Source: the human T2T-CHM13v2.0 reference genome, Homo sapiens
Assembly: GCF_009914755.1 (NCBI RefSeq)
Contig: NC_060930.1
Length of the DNA stretch: 64,000 bases
Strand: one strand, 5' to 3'
Positions 28,406-40,758 of the stretch are shown one piece after another (position 1 is the first letter of the stretch; each line of letters opens with the position of its first letter). A program made the position numbers and the translations under genes. The notes below the pieces were generated by a model, which worked only from the letters and a program-made list of their open reading frames with translations, did not search any database and was not told the origin of the DNA.

Positions 28406-29030
28406 CTATAGTAGGCACAATAATGCCCTTCCCGTCCCCAGATATAGCCATGCCCTAATCCCCAGAATCTGTGAATATATGACCTTATGTGGCCAAAGTT
28501 TACAGATGTAGTTAAAGCCACTAGTCAATTGACCTTAAAAATAAAAGATTATCCTGGATTACCTGGTTGTGTCTAATCTAATGACGTAAACCCTCAGAAG
28601 CAGAGAAGTTTGTTCAGCTAGAAGCAGAAGAGATATGTGGCAAAACAGGAAGCAAGAGAGATGCAACAGAAGGGGAGGTGAAAGAGATATGAAGCCTGAG
28701 AGAGAGACCGACACACAGTTGCAGGCTCTGAAGTGCAGGGGCACCTGTGCAAGGACCGTAGTGAGGCCTTGAGGAGAACATAGAAAGCATGAGAAGGAAA
28801 GTGGGCAGCCATTAATAGCAAAGACCAGCCCCTGGCTGACCGCCAGCAAGGAAGCATAACCTCAGTACTACAACCACAAGGAACTGAGTTCTGCCAACAA
28901 CATAAATAAATTGGAAGTATTTTTTCCCCAGGGCCTCCATTAAGGAATACAGCCCGGCTGACACCCTGAATTTAGCCTAATGAGACCCATATCAGACTTC
29001 TAATCAATAGAATCATGAGAAAATAAAGGG
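28406..29030 (+). mobile_element. MLT1 (E-like) MaLR LTR
   Basis: ccctaatccccagaatctgtgaatat...ctacaaccacaaggaactgagttctgccaacaac...gacttctaa. Confidence 0.75.
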
Positions 29031-29060
29031 GAAAATAAAGAGAGAAGATATGAAAAGTAT

Positions 29061-30186
29061 TGTAGTCCCCTCTTATCTGTGGGGAATATATTCCAAGATC
29101 CCCATTGGATGCCTGAAACTAAGGATAATACCAAACCCAAATGCTGTCAGTCAGTAAACATTTTTGTTCATATATTTCATGCATTGTATTAGTCCGTTCC
29201 TGCATCGCTATAAAGACAAACCTGATACTGGGTAATTTGTAAAGAAAAGAGGTTTAATTGGCTCACAGTTCTGTGGGCTGTACAGGCTTTGGCTTCTGCA
29301 GGGGCCTCAGGAAACTTACAATCATGATGGAAGGTGAAGGGGAAGCAAGCATGGTATTCCCATGGTCAGCAGGAGAGAGAGAGTGAAGCGGGAGGTGCTA
29401 CACGTGCTTAAACAACCAGATCTCGTGAGAATTCTGTCATGAAACAGCACTAGGGGGATGGTACTAAACCATTAGAAACCACCCCCTTGATCCAATCACC
29501 TCCCACCAGGCTCCACTTCCAACACTGAGGATCACAATTCAGCTTCAAATTTGGGTGGGAACACAAGGCCAAACCATGTCACCCATGTGTTTGTCTTTTT
29601 TCATCTTAACTAGGCACTTATGCACCGTGGGCTTAACTTTCGCATTTTGAAGTGTGACAGGGAAACTAGCATGAATTTCTTTTTCCTTCCTCACAATTTC
29701 ACAGGTGGAAGAGTCGTTTTTACCATAGATGTTAGCAACCTCAGCATACGATTCTTTTTGTTTCCTTACTAAGTCAAGAACTTTCACCTTTTCACACAAA
29801 GAAAGCACTTTACGGCTTTTCTTTGGCATATCCAATTGCCAGCAGTACTACTCTTGTGCTTTATGGCCATTATTAAGCAAAACAAGGGTTATTTGAACAC
29901 AGTGCTGTGACACCAGGCAAGTCAATCTGATACCTGGCTTGGCTATGAAATGACTAATGGTTGGGTAGTGTGTATACTATGAATACACTGGACAAAGGAA
30001 TGATTTACATCCTGGGTGAGACAGAGCAGAATGGTACAAAATTTGATTATGCTAGTCATAATGGCACACAATTTAAAACATATGAATTGCTTATTTCTAA
30101 AATTTTCCATTTAATATTTTTGGATCATAATTGACCATGGGTAACGGTAACTACAGGAAGTAAAAGCATAGTAAGGGAGGGCTGTC
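29061..30186 (-). mobile_element. MER44/Tigger7-derived TcMar element with transposase N-terminal HTH remnant
   Basis: Termini tagtcccctcttatctgtgg and taagggagggctg; ORF 29545..29835 (MPKKSRKVLSLCEKVKVLDL...SYAEVANIYGKNDSS) is CENP-B/pogo-type HTH. Confidence 0.85.
29185..29581 (-). mobile_element. MST (MSTA-like) MaLR solo LTR inserted in MER44
   Basis: tgtattagtccgttc...aaagaaaagaggtttaattggctcacagttctg...aaaccatgtca. Confidence 0.88.
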
Positions 30187-31614
30187 ATACTTTTAAAAAA
30201 TGACTGAAAACTCCCCAAATATGGCAAAAGACATAAACTTACATATCTGAGAAACCGAGAGAATCTCAAACAAGATGAATCAAAAGAAATCCACACCAAG
30301 ATACATCATAGTAAAATTTCTGAAAACTAAAGACAGAATAAAGCAAACCCTCCAAAATTTAAAATAATTAATATCATACAAAGAATGTTCTTCATCCAAA
30401 ATGTTATCAAACTAGAAATCAATGACAGAGAAAAAATATTTCTAATCATCTGGAAACCTAAAAATACACCTTGGACTAACCCCTGGCTCAAAGAAGTAAC
30501 AAATAAGTTAAAATGCATTAAACTGAATAAAAATAAAAATAAAACATATCAAAATGTGTGGAACACAGTTAAAACAGGGCAGCAAGAAATTTATAGCATT
30601 AAATGCATACATTAGAAAACCATCAAAATATTAAATCAATATGATAAGCTCAAAATTTTTCAAGGATTCTCTAGAATTTTCAAGAATCTTGAAAATAAGA
30701 GCAAAATAAACCAAAGCAATTAGAAGGAAGAAAATAATCAAGCAGATATTTGTGAAACTAAAACCAGAAAAATAATAGAGAAAAAAACAATAAAACAAAG
30801 AGCTGGTTCTTTCAGAAGCTCAGCAAAATTGGCAAACTTATAGCAACTCTAATTTTTTAAAAGGGAGAGAAGACAAATTACCAGTATCAGTAATGAAACA
30901 GAAGCTATCACTACAGACCCTGCAGACATCAAAAAATAAAGTAATACTACAAACACTACACACATCATCTTAACAACTTAAATGAAATGGACCAATTCCT
31001 CAAAAAATACAAACTACCACTACTCACCTATTACACAGTGCATGACTGTATGAAATACAGTATTAAATATAGTCATGCACCACATATTGATATTTCGGTC
31101 AACAATGAACTGCATACAAAATGATGTTCCCAAAAGATTATAATGGAGCTGAAAAATTCCTATCACCTAGTAATGTCATCACTGCCCTAACATCACAGTG
31201 CAATCCATTACTCACATGTTTGTGGTGATGCTGGTGGAAACAAGCCTACAGTACCGCCAGTATAAAAGTACAGCATTTACAATTACATACAATACATAAT
31301 ACCTGATAATGATAATAAATGACTGTTTATACTGGTTTGTATATTTGCTCTACTATACTTTTCTCATTATTTTAGAATGTTAGAGTGTACTCTTTCTACT
31401 TAAAAAAAAAAAAGTTAACCGTGAAACAGCTTCAGATAGATCCATCAAGAGGTATTTGAGAAGAAGGCATTGTTATCATAGGAGATCATAGCTTCATGCG
31501 TGTTATCATCCCTAAGACCTTCCAGTGGGACGTGATGTGGAGGTGAAAGACAGTGATATTGATAATTCTGACTCTGCTGGCCTAGGCTAATATGTGCGTT
31601 GGTGTCTTAGCTTT

Positions 31615-31750
31615 CTTTCTTTTTTTTTTTTTAAATTTTGAAATGGGATCTCACTATGTTGCCCAGCATGGCCTCAAACTCCTGGCCTCACGTGATCCTC
31701 CCTCAGGCTCCAAGTAGCTAGGACTACAATCACTTGCCACCATACCCAGC
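31615..31750 (-). mobile_element. FLAM (Alu monomer)
   Basis: Single monomer; TSD ttggtgt(c/a)ttagcttt at 31599-31614 and 31751-31766. Confidence 0.85.
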
Positions 31751-32180
31751 TTGGTGTATTAGCTTTTAACAAAATAGTTTCAAAAGTTTAAAAAATATAA
31801 AATTTTAAACGTAGAAAAAGCCTCATAGAACAAGCATATAAAGAAAATATTTTTGTATGGTAATACAATTTGAATTTTAAGCTAAGTGTTATTACAAAAG
31901 AATAAAAAAGTTAAATGTTTATAAAGCTTAAAACATTACAGTAAGCTAAGGTTAATTTATTATTAAAGAAAAATTTTTTATGAATTTAGTGTAGTCTAAG
32001 TATAGTGTTTATAAAGTCTATAGTAGTGTACAGTAATGTCCTAGGCCTTCACATTCATTCACATTCACTTCATATTCACTCACCACTCACCCACTGACTC
32101 ACTCAGAGCAACTTCTAGTCCAGCAAGCTTCATTCACAGTAAGTGCCCTACACAGGTGTATTTTTTATAAATTTTTATAC

Positions 32181-32514
32181 CAGAAATCCCCAACCCCTGG
32201 GTAGAGGATCAGCACCCCTCCATGGCCCGTTAGGAACTGGGCCACACAGCAGGAGGTGAGCAGTGGGTGAGTGAGCATTACCACTTGAACTCTGCCTCCT
32301 GTCAGATCAGCAGTGGCATATGATTCTCATAGGAGTGTAAACCCTACTGTGACCTGTGCATGTGAGAGATCTAGATTGCGTGCTCCTTATGAGAATCTAA
32401 TGCCTGATGATCTGAGGTGGAACAGCTTCATCCCAAAACCACTCCCCAACCTTGTCTGTAGAAAAATTATCTCCCATAAAACAGGTCCCTGATAAGAAAG
32501 ATTGGGGACTTCTG
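32181..32514. mobile_element. MER1B hAT-Charlie MITE inside Tigger3b
   Basis: TIRs cagaaatccccaa and ttggggacttctg; perfect 8-bp TSD ttttatac at 32173-32180 and 32515-32522. Confidence 0.9.
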
Positions 32515-33905
32515 TTTTATACTGTATTTTCACTGTACATTTTCTATGTTTAGATATACTTGGATACACAAATCCTTACCATTGTTTTACAATTGCCAAC
32601 AGTATTCAGTAAGGTAACGTGCTATACAGGTTTGTAGACTGGGAGCAATAGGCTATCCCATATAGCCTAAGTGTGTAGTAGGCTATACCACCTAGGTTTG
32701 TGTAGGTACACTCTATAATGTTTGAACAGACAAAATTGCCTAAGAAAGCATTTCTTAGATAGTATTCCCATCATTAAGTGATGTATGACTGTAGATAATT
32801 TTTAAAGTCTTCTAACTATTATTACTATAATTTTAAAAACCCCAAAAAGGAAATCTCTAGGATCAGATGGTTTCACTGGAGAATTCTACCAAACATTTAA
32901 AGAACAATTAACATAAATTCTACATAATCTCTTCCAGTAAATGAAAGAGAACTGAACAAGTCTCAATTCACTTCATAAAGCTAGTATTACACTGATACCA
33001 AACCAGACAAACACAGTATAAAAAAAGAAAACTACAGACCATTATCCCTTAGAGACAAAAAAAATCCCTAACAAAACATTAGTAAATAGAATTCAGCAAA
33101 TATAAAAAGTGTACATCATGACCAAGTGAAGTTTATTTCAGGGATGCAAGGCTAGTTCAATATTCCAAAATCAATCCATATAATCCACTATACCAAAAGG
33201 CTAAAATTACATGATCATATCAATTGATACAGAAAAAAGCACTTATCAAAATTCAGTCCCTCTTCATGATTTTTTTAAAATTTTCAGAAAATTAGGAATA
33301 AGAAGGAACTTCCTCAACTTGATAAGCCACATCTATAAAATGCCTACAGAGAATATTATGCTTATTAGTGAAAGGCTAAATACTTTCCTCCTAAGATCAG
33401 AAACAGAGTAAAGACATCCACTCTCACCACTATTTTTAGCCAACATGTTGCTGGAACTTCTAGCCAATGCAACAAAACAAGAAAGGAAATGAAAAATATA
33501 CGGATTGGAAAGAAAGAATAAAACTCTCTATATTTGCAAATAACATGATTATATAGAAACAAAACATCTATATTTTGTTTTATATAGACAAAACAAAAAC
33601 AAAAACAAAAATCCTTGAACTAACAAGTGAGTTAGCAAGGTTGCAGAATCAATATGCAAAATTACTTATGTTTCTATATATTAGCAGTTGCATTCCTGGG
33701 AATCTTGTAAGCAAATGTTCATGCACACACACACACAAAAGCTGTACGTGAATGTTCATAGCAGCTATGTTCATAATAACCCAAAACTGGAAATAACCCA
33801 GATGTTCTTCAACAGGTGAATGATTAAGCAAACTGGTACATTCATACAATGGAACACTTCTCAGCAATGAAATGGAACAAAATACTGATACACACAACAA
33901 CCTCT

Positions 33906-34198
33906 TTGTTTTGTTTTGTTTTTGAGATGGAGTCTCACTCTGTCGCCCAGGCTGGAGTGCAGTGGTGCCACCTCAGCTCACCACAATCTCTGCCTCCTGG
34001 GTTCAAGCAATTCTGGTGCCTCAGTCTCTTGAGTAGCTGGGATCAAAGCCACCATGCCTGGCTAATTTTTGTATTTTTAGTAAAGATGGGGTTTCACCAT
34101 GTTTTCCAGGCTTGTCTTGAACTCCTGACCCCAGGTGATCCGCCTGCTTTGGCCTCCCAAAGTGCTGGGATTACAGGCCTGAGCCACCATGCCTGGGC
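33906..34198 (-). mobile_element. AluS
   Basis: Antisense Alu; TSD core aacctctt. Confidence 0.93.
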
Positions 34199-34724
34199 AG
34201 CAAACCTCTTGATGAATCTCCAGAGAAATATGCTGAGTGAAAAAGCCAACCCTAAAAGGTTACATACTCTATATTTCCATTACTTAAGATGATTGAAATG
34301 ACAAAATTATTGTTAAAGAAATGGAGACCAAACTAGTGATTTTCAGGAGCTAAGATGGGATGTGAATGGAAAGGAAGCAGATGTGACTTTAAAAGGCCAA
34401 CATGAGGGATCTTTGCAGTAATGAAAATGCTACATATCTTGGCTGTACAAATGTCAATATCCTGGCTGTGATATTGAATTCTACACAGTTTTGTATGATA
34501 TTAAGAATATTACCATTGGGGTAACAGTACATTGGATCTCTGTATTTTTTCTTACCACTATTTGTGATTCTATAATTATCTCAAAATAAAATGTTTAAGA
34601 AATTAAATGTATACATCATGCAACAAGCAAGGTAAATATAGTACCCACACACTAAGTTTTTAAGAAAACAAGCCACAAATAAAAAGTCATGCAAATTCAC
34701 TGCAATTCCCATTCTATGGGTTCT

Positions 34725-34863
34725 AAGAAAGGCATAGCACCATTCCACATTCCAGGGGAGGGGACTTAGATTCCACCTATTGATGAGTACATGGTAAGGT
34801 CACATTATTTAAAAAAGTATGTGTAATGGGAGATACTGTTGTGGCCAAATACCATCTGCCACA
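34725..34863 (-). mobile_element. MLT1 LTR fragment
   Basis: gattccacctattgatgag...aaggtcacatt...tgtggccaaataccatctgccaca. Confidence 0.55.
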
Positions 34864-36309
34864 ATGAGTAATGTTATTCACCGCCATCCTCTTTTTTCCT
34901 CCTGAAAAAGTGCCTGAGGAGGAATGAATGAATCCTTTACTTCATTTACTCCTTATTTTTTACCGTATCCCTCATCCCTTCTCTTGCAAAAGTAACTCTC
35001 TCTCCATCTCCCCTTATTTAAGGTTCTGCCTGCTTGCACTGTTTTTATTGATGTTGAGATGGGTTGCTGGCTGGAGTCTTCTGAATGTTGACTGGAATAT
35101 AAGAACAGATACAAATAGGTACTGATGGTATAGCTATGTCTGCCCAAAAAGAAGTGTTTTGGAAAAGGTAAATTGTGTTTTGTAAATCGAATTACTTCTT
35201 AAATTCCTTCAGGAGATTTTACGCTTGATTTTAATAAATACTTTTATAAATCTTCTCCTAATTTAAATATTAAATTGTCCTGGATTTATGAGTTTACCGA
35301 AAGCAAAGGATATCCTTTACCTATGTGACACTAATTTGCCAACTACTTCCTTTACGATAAGGGGCCATGTTCTTCCTGTTTTCAACTCTAGAATTCCCTC
35401 CATCCCTCCCTGTTTTCAACTCCAGAGGTCCCTCCATCACCCTAATAATGTGTTGTCACTGTGCCCCTGCTAAAGGAACATGATACTGCTACTTGACAAG
35501 AGCTACTCTCTCTCCTCAAGAAGGTAAATTGCTTTTCCAATAGGGATGAAGAATTTTGGCAAATCCATCCAAAGCTTTCGGTTGACTTCCCATTGTTGGG
35601 CCTTCCGTGGACTAGGAGTAGTTACCCTCTTGCAATCTCTCACCTGTTGATTAAATAGGTAAATGGTCTAGATACAGTGAAGGAAGAAAGTATGTTTTGC
35701 TACTTAAGAGGTGCTTTTTGATCAATCTATAAGACAAATCAAAGACCTAAACTTGAATGTTTGCTTAAATTAAGCTATAGCCGAATTTCTACTAATTATT
35801 TCATGCATGAGAAAGATGTCCTCCTTCCTTAATACCTATAACTAGGGATAAGGTTTGAATCGTAATTATCCTTGGGAACAAAACTCACTGGCTTGAATTC
35901 ACACTAATAAATGACTACTTATTCTTCTCTGAGAGGTTTTGTTGGGTGTGCTCTTTGTATATGGAAAGTTTAGAGAAAAATTAAATGGTAGACCAGATGA
36001 AAGGGTGGAATGGCCCAGAAGAGAAAAATACACGATGCAGGGGTTTAAGACCTATATGTAGCAGGAGAAGCTGTGGACCTATGCAGAAATATCACAATTT
36101 TCTCTTTTTATTGGTTCTAGGCCCTATAACCTAGAGTCACTGTGTAGTGACTCATCGATTTACTTGTCTATTTTTTTCTTTGAAGTTTTTCATTTCTACA
36201 TTATACGGAGCCTTTGACAGCTTAACATTTGGAATTTTAAGAACATTTGAGTTAGGGAGCACTTAAGAGAGACTCATGTCCAACCTCCTTTAGACTCTGG
36301 AAATCCTCC

Positions 36310-36615
36310 TCCTCACATGGAGAGCAGTTGAAAACATTAGGGATGCTTAGCCTAAAGAACACAATGGCCTTCTTACGGTACTTGAAGGGTTCTTCTCTGT
36401 AAAAAATTTGATGCTTGCTTTCTCTGAACCTGGGTGATCAGAGTTCAAAAACTTACTAAAGGTCAGATCATCCCAACTTGAAAAAAGATGTTTTCCAATA
36501 GATATAATCACCCATGAGCAGAACAGGCATTTATTTGGCTCAGATGCTCTGTAGGGGCTTCAGGCTTTCGATGCATTGTAGGATGTAATGACTTTTAAGT
36601 ATTCTTTTCACCCTG
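36310..36615 (+). mobile_element. L3/CR1-like fragment
   Basis: gcagttgaaaacattagggatgcttagcctaaagaa...tacttgaagggt. Confidence 0.45.
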
Positions 36616-36626
36616 AGATGCTAGAG

Positions 36627-36934
36627 CTGCAACTGTCCAATATGGTAGCCATTAGCCACATGTGGCTACTGAGCACTTGAAATGTGGCTAATCCAGTATG
36701 TAAAATGCATGCTGTATTTCAACGACCTGGTACTAAGAAAATGTAAAATATCTCATGAATAGTTTTATATTGATTATATATTGAAATGATATTTTAATCA
36801 ATTAGGCTAAATAAAATATATTATTAAAATTAAATTCACCTGTTTCTTTTTACATTTTTATAACATCTCCCAGAAAACGTTAAATTACATATGTGGCTAT
36901 GTGGCTAATGGTATATTTCTATTGGACAGCACTG
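36627..36934 (-). mobile_element. MER33 hAT-Charlie
   Basis: ctgtccaatatggtagccattagccacatgtggcta...atttctattggacagcactg. Confidence 0.85.
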
Positions 36935-37534
36935 TTCTAGCTAATTTGAGGCTTTTCAACTCAAAGCCCCATACTTTCCTTAAAAGAGGATATCTTCTGG
37001 TCAACTGCACTATGACCCTTTCCTACTTCATGCCTTAAAATGTACCCTAAGACTCGTCCTTAGGGTAAACAACACTGGCACTGTAAGACATAGTTTCCAG
37101 AAAGCATTTAATATGAATTTTTGAAATAGATGGGGAAGATAGAGATTCTTAGCCTGTGTCTTGATTAGATTCTCTAATCTTCCCCCCATTACCCATTAAT
37201 AGTTTAGTTTATAAGATTAGAAGATTAGTTTATTTGATCTTGAGCATCTGGCTCAAGTTGAATTTCAAGAGTGTTGAATTTCAGAGGATTAAACAAACTA
37301 GCACCCAAAGTAGTCAGGGAACATGGAAACAGATGGTGCCACAAATCAGGGTAGATGACACAATCAGGCCTTTCTCGTTGGTGGTTACAAAAGGATGAGG
37401 GTCTCAGGGAAGGGTGAGACCCAGGATACTTGGCAGGTACTGAAGGCCAGTGGTTGGAAAAGATCCCAGACAAACACCATTGCCTCCTTATCCCACTGCC
37501 TGCCCAAAAATATCTCCAGGAGCAAAGAAGTCTC

Positions 37535-38015
<481 letters not shown>

Positions 38016-38529
38016 TTCAGCTATGACTTCTTTTCTCTGACACCATTAGGCAAATATTCTACATCGGGGCACCTAAGAATGTGTTCCTCCTAGCTACCAA
38101 GGAGTGAGGCCTGTGCTTGAAAAAATGAAATAGCAAAGCACAAATTCAAATTAGTTATGTTGCTAGCCTGTAAAAATAAAATGCAAACTCAATTTGAACA
38201 ACTTATAAATTTAAATTGCTAAAGTGTTTCCTAACCCCAAATTACAATTATCTTCAAAGTATTAAAGAGCATTAAAAGCACTTATCCTGAAAGAGCTATT
38301 TTAATGTTTGGCTAACAGCAGAGAATGTTCTCACACAACCTAACCCTCAGTAAGCACTCCACAAATGCTAACTAAGAGAAAACTCATACTCTTGGTTATT
38401 GAAAATCTCAGGCAAGCCAGATAGCTTTATCTCCTTTCTCATGGCAGTTATCTTGTAGAGCAAAACTGATCCACGGTTGCTACTTGAGATTTGTAAGTTG
38501 CCCTTGTAAGACTGGAAATGCTAAGAGTC

Positions 38530-39075
38530 CATTCACTGATTCAGAGAAACATTTATTCCATTCTGGCACTGTGAAAAGTGCTGAAACAAAAATGAACAAT
38601 GGTGGTAATAAAGGACAATGGCATCCAAGTTCAAGAATGTACAGAGTGCCATGAGGTTTAAAGGAGGGAATGGCTGTACCTGGAGGTAGGGGTGGGGTAT
38701 TATTCAAGAAAAGCCTCCTAGTGGTTAGAGATGAAATAACCCTGGAGTTGGGTCTTAAAACACAGATTTTTAGGTAATGTGGCATAGATGAGGGTTGGGG
38801 GCAGAGAAAAATTGAGCAACGAGACAAATAAGGAAAGGTAAATAGAGAGAGGTCAATCTGGGCAAAGTGAAAATAGAGCATATGTTTAGCTTGTGGTCTG
38901 TGTGTTGTGGTGCAAGAGGTGTGGGTGAGAGATAAATGGAGAGCTGAGGGGCAGGCTGGGGCTAGATGATAATAGGGTTTTTTGCTTCCCCTGTGGAGTA
39001 TGCACTGCATCCTAAAAGCAACAGGAAGCCATTGAAGGAATTTCACTCCAGCTGCTTTAAGGAAGATCGATTGCA

Positions 39076-39117
<42 letters not shown>

Positions 39118-40320
39118 AAAACCCAGAGGCAAGAGGAGCATTTTAATAATACAAGAAAAAGACAGGAACAGAGGAGGAGAGCACCAAATACATATCAGAG
39201 TTGCCAAGGAAGGTCAGGTCTACAAGATGTGGTAACTGACTAGGAAACCATAGGAGGTGAAGGAAAGAGGAAGAGGGAGGATGACCCCCAGGTTTCCGAT
39301 TTAAATGGTGGTGTCATTCTGCAGATTGGGGTACAAGATTTATAGGAAAGGTAAGTGCAATTTGGGGTGTGTTGAGTTTGAGCTGCCAAGGGGAAGAGAT
39401 CTTGAAGGAAACAGTTGGAACTTAGGGGGAAAGTCTGGGGTGGAGATATAAATATAGGGGCCATCAGTATGTAGGTAGAAGATGGAACCATGGACATGGA
39501 GGAAATTGCCACAGGAGATTGAGAAGGGATGAGACCCAAGGACCCTAAGGAATCTGGGGATGGGGGTGGGAAGGAATCATCAGAGAGTGAGAAGGAAAAG
39601 TATTCATCTTCGATGAATAGAAAAAGGCCATAAGGTACAAGGGGCTTAGGAAAGTTCATGATGCTTTAGAGAATATTTCAAACTTGTTCCTGTTGGGAAC
39701 TTCAAGTTCAACTTCAAGGTCATTATATATGCATGCTGCTGTCAGCCAGAAGAGATGAAGGCTCCTTGGGTTGGGGTCAGGGTTGGAATAGGGTAGGGAG
39801 AAATTCTCGAGAAGGAGAAGTAAGAGGTGATGGTGTCATGGAAATCAAGAGTAGAATTTCAAAAAGTAATTGATGGAGACAAATACTATGTAAAAATCCA
39901 AACAAGGTGAGGCTAAAACAAGTCCTTTGCCTTTAACAATTAGAAGGTCATTTTCAAAATGTAACTGTATGAGATGATAGACCTGTTAATCTGCTTCACT
40001 GCAGTAACCATTTTACTATCTATCTGTTGCAAACCTCAAATATACATAACAAAATTTATTTTTTAAAAAAGAAAATAAAGAAGATATTTCGTGCCTTGTT
40101 TCAGAACCATTTCATTGGAATTGTGGGCTACGAGTGGGAGAGTTGTTGTGTGGGAGGCTGAGGGTTTAAAGAGGAAACCAATGTTGTGGAAAATATAGCC
40201 TGCAAAATGTAGGTAGGAGTAGACATGTCCAATAGAAAGGATCCTTTGAAGGACCTTATCCAGGAGGGGAAGGGAAGAAGGAAAAGTATTGGGGAAGAAG
40301 AGGAGAAAGACACAGGTTAA
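38530..40320 (-). mobile_element. Degenerate L2, with a short sense L1MA 3' stub at ~39960-40075
   Basis: gcaacaggaagccattgaagga, gtctggggtggagatataaat and similar L2 motifs. Confidence 0.6.
39077..39116. repeat. (CA)n microsatellite
   Basis: About 16 pure CA units followed by cgcacacgc. Confidence 0.95.
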
Positions 40321-40358
40321 GTAAAGGTGAGGAGGGGTGTTTTTAAAAGATGAAGGAG

Positions 40359-40758
<400 letters not shown>

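Larger units (their letters stand above)
31070..32791 (+). mobile_element. Tigger3b (Golem)-like TcMar element
   Basis: TIRs tagtcatgcaccacata and taagtgatgtatgactg; TA on both sides (31068-31069, 32792-32793). Confidence 0.85.
30190..34600 (+). mobile_element. Fragmented L1MC-like element hosting Tigger3b and an Alu
   Basis: ORF2 motifs (gatggtttcactggagaattctacc, atgatcatatcaattgatacagaaaaa) and L1MC 3' end (aatgtcaatatcctggctgtgatattg). Confidence 0.8.

Noticed and set aside
29545-29835. HTH-containing ORF as a domesticated TIGD-like gene
   Set aside because: Lies within a MER44/Tigger7 deletion derivative, is cut by an MST LTR and has no DDE domain.
38480-39659. 212-aa and 139-aa minus-strand ORFs
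   Set aside because: They run through a (CA)n repeat and degenerate L2, with no recognisable domain or splice support.
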